From IMG/VR virus record IMGVR_UViG_3300038675_000224, positions 1-28,342 of that record: 28,342 nucleotides of DNA, one strand, 5' to 3'. Source of the DNA: a virus. Taxonomy: Duplodnaviria; Caudoviricetes. The notes under the pieces are model-generated. The model saw only the letters and a list, made by a program, of their open reading frames with translations. It ran no database searches and was not told the DNA's origin. The translations under genes and the position numbers were made by a program. This document shows, piece after piece, positions 24,945 to 28,342 of this stretch. Position 1 is the first letter of the stretch; every line of letters begins with the position of its first letter.

Positions 24945-25165
24945 GATGTTTCCTTTCTTGTGCCGTCATCCTCCGGCGTGATGCGCTCCAACTCCGTGCC
25001 GCACGTTGGGCAGTGGCAGGTGTACGCGCAATCGCTGGACAGCGTCACGGGCGGCGTGTAGACAGGCCGCACATGCGCGCAGGGCTTCGGGAATCCGCAC
25101 GCCGGGCAGTACCGCGTCACGGGGCCCGGGTTGTGCCATTTACGCGAGGGTGCGGAAATGGTCAT
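24941..25165 (-). CDS. Small Cys-rich (zinc ribbon) protein
   Basis: CPAC and CHCPTC motifs; ATGA coupling at both ends. Confidence 0.65.
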   Translation of the reverse strand: MTISAPSRKWHNPGPVTRYCPACGFPKPCAHVRPVYTPPVTLSSDCAYTCHCPTCGTELERITPEDDGTRKETS

Positions 25166-25719
25166 TGTGTGTACTCCTTGGGTTCCCAGCCTGGGTATTC
25201 TTCGCCGACGCAACTGTTGCACGGCTCTTGTGTAGATTGAAGCTCTTCATACTTGCAGTTGCTGCATATTTTATAATCTACCTTCGCCTCCAGTCCATCG
25301 ACGCGGGCGCGGCGGCTCGACTCGACCTCTGCCTCCAGTTCCGCGACGCGGGCGCGTGCTTTTGCCAGTTCTGTCTGCGCCTCATTCGCGATTTCCTGTT
25401 GCCGACCAAAGCACCTGTTCAGTCGCGCATTCTCCTCCCGCAGCCGCTCGATTGTTGCGTCGCGATCGGGCAAAACATTTATCGCCTGCTCTAATAGTTG
25501 GGAGTGTTGCAGGGCATTCTCCTCCCGCAGCCGCTCGATTTCGTCAAGCAGCGCGGGGGCTGGGGTGCGGAAGTTCCACCTGGCGACGGCACAAAATACA
25601 CTTCCAGTGTCTTCGAACTTTGCACTACACAGCGTGCATTCGATAGTGCTTAATGTTTCGGTACTGATAATCTCCGCCTCGTGCCCGCAAAACGGGCAGG
25701 GCAAAAGTTCAGGGTTCAT
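25162..25719 (-). CDS. Lar-family restriction-alleviation-like zinc ribbon fused to a coiled coil and Cys-rich tail
   Basis: MNPELLPCPFCG...IECTLC...AVARWNFR; ATG 25719 after AAGGAGG. Confidence 0.8.
   Translation of the reverse strand: MNPELLPCPFCGHEAEIISTETLSTIECTLCSAKFEDTGSVFCAVARWNFRTPAPALLDEIERLREENALQHSQLLEQAINVLPDRDATIERLREENARLNRCFGRQQEIANEAQTELAKARARVAELEAEVESSRRARVDGLEAKVDYKICSNCKYEELQSTQEPCNSCVGEEYPGWEPKEYTQ
25427..25540. repeat. Exact 27-bp direct repeat (IERLREENA twice)
   Basis: GCATTCTCCTCCCGCAGCCGCTCGATT at 25427-25453 and 25514-25540. Confidence 0.9.
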
Positions 25720-26066
25720 TGCGCGTCCTCCTTGGGCTGGAACTGCAACTTCCAGCCGACAAGACAACGACCACATGCCACAGTGCGAGCGTTTGCGCAT
25801 CTGTCGCAAATTCTGCCCGTACAACATTGCGCCATCTCCACCGCCGTCCGGTACGCTGCGAGCACGTCGTCGTGTGTGGGCGGGTCATAGTCCGGCGAGG
25901 CTTGCTTTGTGATCTCTTCCTCCCAGAAGTCCGGGTGCTGGCCGCACCATTCGGTGTCCAGCATCTCTACAACCTCGGGATTCAGCCGGCATACGCCGCA
26001 TGTGCTTTTAGGGTTTTGGTGCCAGAACGGGCACGTCCTGCAGGTGGCGTTAGGGTTTCGTTTCAT
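25716..26066 (-). CDS. Cys-rich hypothetical protein (paralog copy A)
   Basis: MKRNPNATCRTCPFW...WCGQHPDFWE; RBS AAGGAAAGGA. Confidence 0.75.
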   Translation of the reverse strand: MKRNPNATCRTCPFWHQNPKSTCGVCRLNPEVVEMLDTEWCGQHPDFWEEEITKQASPDYDPPTHDDVLAAYRTAVEMAQCCTGRICDRCANARTVACGRCLVGWKLQFQPKEDAQ

Positions 26067-26129
26067 GATTCGGTCCTTTCCTTGGTTGTGTTTCTATTCG
26101 CCGCGTCCGGCGCGTGCAGGTGCGGCAGG

Positions 26130-26549
26130 TCATTCTTTGCTCCCTTTTTTTGTTGGCTTCTGATCTTTCCAGACCGCCCATGTTTTTGAATTTTTGGTAG
26201 CCCTTTCCATTGCCGCACGTATTTTTGTAGGCGATACTTTTATTTGTCTTATTCGTGTACTGCCTGGGTTGCGGCTCGACTCCACCTCCGCCTCCAGTTC
26301 CGCGATCATATCATCGGCATTGCCGGTATAATCGCGAGGCACGGCGTCAACAAAATCGCGGGGACAACGTGCCTGTTTATCAGACGCGCGTTCCGTCTCC
26401 CAGAAGTCTGGGTGCTGGCCACACCATTCAGTGTCCAATTTCTCGATGCAAGTCCAGCTCACTGCCTGGCAGTTGCCGCATGTGCTTTTGGGGTTTTGGC
26501 GCCAGTACGGGCACGTCCCGCAGGTGGCGTTAGGGTTGCGTTTTCTCAT
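26130..26549 (-). CDS. Cys-rich hypothetical protein (paralog copy B)
   Basis: MRKRNPNATCGTCPYW...WCGQHPDFWE; same RBS region as copy A; lies inside the 276-aa track ORF. Confidence 0.7.
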   Translation of the reverse strand: MRKRNPNATCGTCPYWRQNPKSTCGNCQAVSWTCIEKLDTEWCGQHPDFWETERASDKQARCPRDFVDAVPRDYTGNADDMIAELEAEVESSRNPGSTRIRQIKVSPTKIRAAMERATKNSKTWAVWKDQKPTKKGSKE

Positions 26550-26688
26550 GTTTCGGTCCTTTCCTTGGTTTTCTTGTTGTGTATCGTTCGCACGCCGGGC
26601 TGTCCGACATGCGCAATCCTTTCTCGCAACTCCAGCACCCACAGCGGGTGAGGTGTTGCGTCCGGCGCGTGCAGGCGCGACAGGTCGT
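26530..26688 (-). pseudogene. Small Cys-rich gene whose ATG appears mutated to ACG
   Basis: GGAGG, 7 nt, then ACG ACC TGT CGC GCC TGC (TTCRACTRR...CGCWSC...ACERY); the paralogous copy at 26133 begins ATG ACC TGC CGC ACC TGC. Confidence 0.6.
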
Positions 26689-26900
26689 TGCGCGGCCTCC
26701 ATGTTAAGCGCGTCTATCCAATCGTTATACACATGTTTTAGTTCGCCTTGCAGTCGCTTTGCCGCACTCCCACCGACAGCATACAGCGTGTTGATGTACG
26801 CTATCAACTGGCCGCGATGGAATTCGGAATGCGTCGCGGCGTACAGGTCTATCGTTGCGTAGGCGTACCCCGCAATCTCTGCTATTAGTTTTCGTTTCAT
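26685..26900 (-). CDS. Hypothetical protein (ancestral TGA appears lost, so it now reads on in frame to 26130)
   Basis: MKRKLIAEIAGYAY...NMEAAQ; ATGA-coupled start at 26900. Confidence 0.6.
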
Positions 26901-27166
26901 CCTTCGTCCCTTTCCAGTTCGGCCTGCGCCAGCAGGTGGCGTCTCAAACATTCGTTGCAATCTATCGAATCATCATCTATCCACGGGCAGTACGTGTGGA
27001 TCATGCAGCCGTATTGCTCGGCTAGTACCTCGCACGCCAACTCCAGCGCACGGGCTAGCGTTTCAATTTCCGTTATCGCCGCCTGCGCCGCTTGCACGGC
27101 CAGAGGATCAAGGATTTGGTGCACATTGCTGTCGATCACGGCGTTTAGTTTTTCGATGGTGGTCAT
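26897..27166 (-). CDS. Hypothetical protein
   Basis: 89 aa; ALELACEVL and Cys-rich tail; ATGA-coupled at both ends. Confidence 0.7.
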   Translation of the reverse strand: MTTIEKLNAVIDSNVHQILDPLAVQAAQAAITEIETLARALELACEVLAEQYGCMIHTYCPWIDDDSIDCNECLRRHLLAQAELERDEG

Positions 27167-27984
27167 GCCGTCCTCCGTAAGTTTTCGCCGGTCAACTCAA
27201 TCTGTAAGCAAGGCGCTTTTGGAAAATTCAACCTGTCGAGCGTGCTTGTCCCGTGCGGGTCGTTGCTTAAATTTTTAAACAGCGCGGATACGTTATCCAT
27301 GCCGATCTCGCTTGTGGCAATCGTGCGAAGTCGCCCCTGTTCTCTGACCGACAGGATGTTATGAATTTGCGCCACGTTCAGCGCGTGCAGATTGTCTTTC
27401 TCGATGTCATCAAACACGAGCAACTCAGCCGTGCACAGCGCGTGGTACAGATTCCGGTTGCGCCGCGATTCGTAAACTGTTTGGCCTACCGCGAATGCCA
27501 CTGTCCGGCATCGGTCAAGGTACGATGAAAGTACAATGGAAACCAGGCTTGTCTTTCCGCGCCCCTTCAGTCCCTCGATAAATGCGCAACAGTTTTCGTT
27601 GCCTTCCAGTTGCACGAGCGCGGCGGCCTGTTGCGGCTTAATCAACGGGCGCTGCCAGTTCTTGAACCATTCCGGCATAGACCCATCCTCAATGGCGCAG
27701 GTCAAAATGTTGCGCCGCTTTTCAAGGCGGTGGTATTCCCTGCATTCCCGGTCGTGCTGTGTGGCGCATGCGCGGCAGTAGGTGTGCTCGTAGGGCTGAA
27801 GCACACGGTTGCACGACCCGGCAGGCGCCCCGTAGCAGTGCGTCTTCCAGCGCCAGTAAAAAGTGCCGCGGTCTTCCCGCTCGCATTCCCACACATCCAC
27901 GGCGGCATCGTATTTCGGATAGCGGCTCCCGTCTGGCATTTCGCCCCAGCCATTCTGTCCCTTAAGAAAAAAATTCTCTAGCAT
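27163..27984 (-). CDS. DnaC/IstB-like ATPase (helicase loader)
   Basis: Walker A GLKGRGKT, Walker B LLVFDD, TIATS, LDRL and C-terminal ELTGENLR; follows the replication protein. Confidence 0.85.
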   Translation of the reverse strand: MLENFFLKGQNGWGEMPDGSRYPKYDAAVDVWECEREDRGTFYWRWKTHCYGAPAGSCNRVLQPYEHTYCRACATQHDRECREYHRLEKRRNILTCAIEDGSMPEWFKNWQRPLIKPQQAAALVQLEGNENCCAFIEGLKGRGKTSLVSIVLSSYLDRCRTVAFAVGQTVYESRRNRNLYHALCTAELLVFDDIEKDNLHALNVAQIHNILSVREQGRLRTIATSEIGMDNVSALFKNLSNDPHGTSTLDRLNFPKAPCLQIELTGENLRRTA

Positions 27985-28342
27985 ACGATTTTCCTTCCGA
28001 AAGGCTTGTCATCATCTGGGTCGTGATTTTCTTGTATGACAGGTTTCCCTGTCCGCACTGGCTTGCTCAGCCATTTCTTTTCATTAAAGAACTTCACCAT
28101 GCCCGGACAGTACGCGCCGTTATCCTTGGTGTACTCCCCGTTGTCAATCATGGCGGCCACGTATTCCATGATTGTTTGCCGCGTCAGTTCCGGCTCTTCC
28201 TTGATTGCAGCCTCCCATAGCGGTAACACGCGCTTCGGGTCAATGTGGCGGTGCTCCGGGTACAGTTTGTGGAACTCCCAATAGCCACACGCGGCGGCAC
28301 GGTCCTTGAACGGCATGCGCTGGGTGCCCGGAAGTTTTTGCT
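27978..28342 (-). CDS. Phage replication initiator, C-terminal part (start probably beyond the window)
   Basis: EFHKLYP...W...YCPGMVKFFNEKKW resembles the conserved C-terminal domain of phage replisome organisers; lies upstream of the DnaC-like gene. Confidence 0.65.
   Translation of the reverse strand, partial: QKLPGTQRMPFKDRAAACGYWEFHKLYPEHRHIDPKRVLPLWEAAIKEEPELTRQTIMEYVAAMIDNGEYTKDNGAYCPGMVKFFNEKKWLSKPVRTGKPVIQENHDPDDDKPFGRKIVC

Noticed and set aside
25920-26580. Diversity-generating retroelement template/variable repeat pair
   Set aside because: Mismatches are not restricted to adenine (C/T synonymous changes and indels occur), and no reverse transcriptase is in the window
26130-26960. 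276-aa ORF as a single gene
   Set aside because: Internal RBS/ATG at 26549 and the paralogous copy indicate separate genes joined by loss of a stop codon
1-28342. Genome-wide stop-codon reassignment
   Set aside because: TGA, TAA and TAG all end genes, many at ATGA/TAATG couplings, and long genes are intact in the standard code; only isolated internal stops occur

Overview
The whole window is part of a GC-rich tailed-phage (siphovirus-like) genome or prophage, with essentially all real genes on the minus strand. Read in the direction of transcription (right to left) it has: replication genes (initiator C-terminus, DnaC/IstB-like ATPase); a mosaic block of small Cys-rich genes (Lar-like, SpoU/TrmH RNA methyltransferase, DUF551); a late promoter with a terminated leader; a lysis block (M15 peptidase endolysin, lipoprotein, membrane proteins); and TerS/TerL. 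A glycosyltransferase/methyltransferase cassette sits between TerL and portal. Then come head genes, connector and tail genes (with a -1 frameshift chaperone), tape measure, Dit and tail-tip/fibre genes, a highly structured intergenic region, and an early region with two consensus sigma70 promoters, an HNH nuclease, a Cro-like HTH and an Ala/Trp-repeat protein. No integrase, tRNA, CRISPR array or reverse transcriptase was seen. The best leads are the glycan-modification cassette in the head operon and two promoter + long-loop terminator leader RNAs sharing CCUGAUCACC. Three single-base lesions in otherwise intact genes, including an in-frame TAA at codon 4 of the major capsid gene, also stand out. 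Family assignments come from motif recognition and gene order only; no database search was run.
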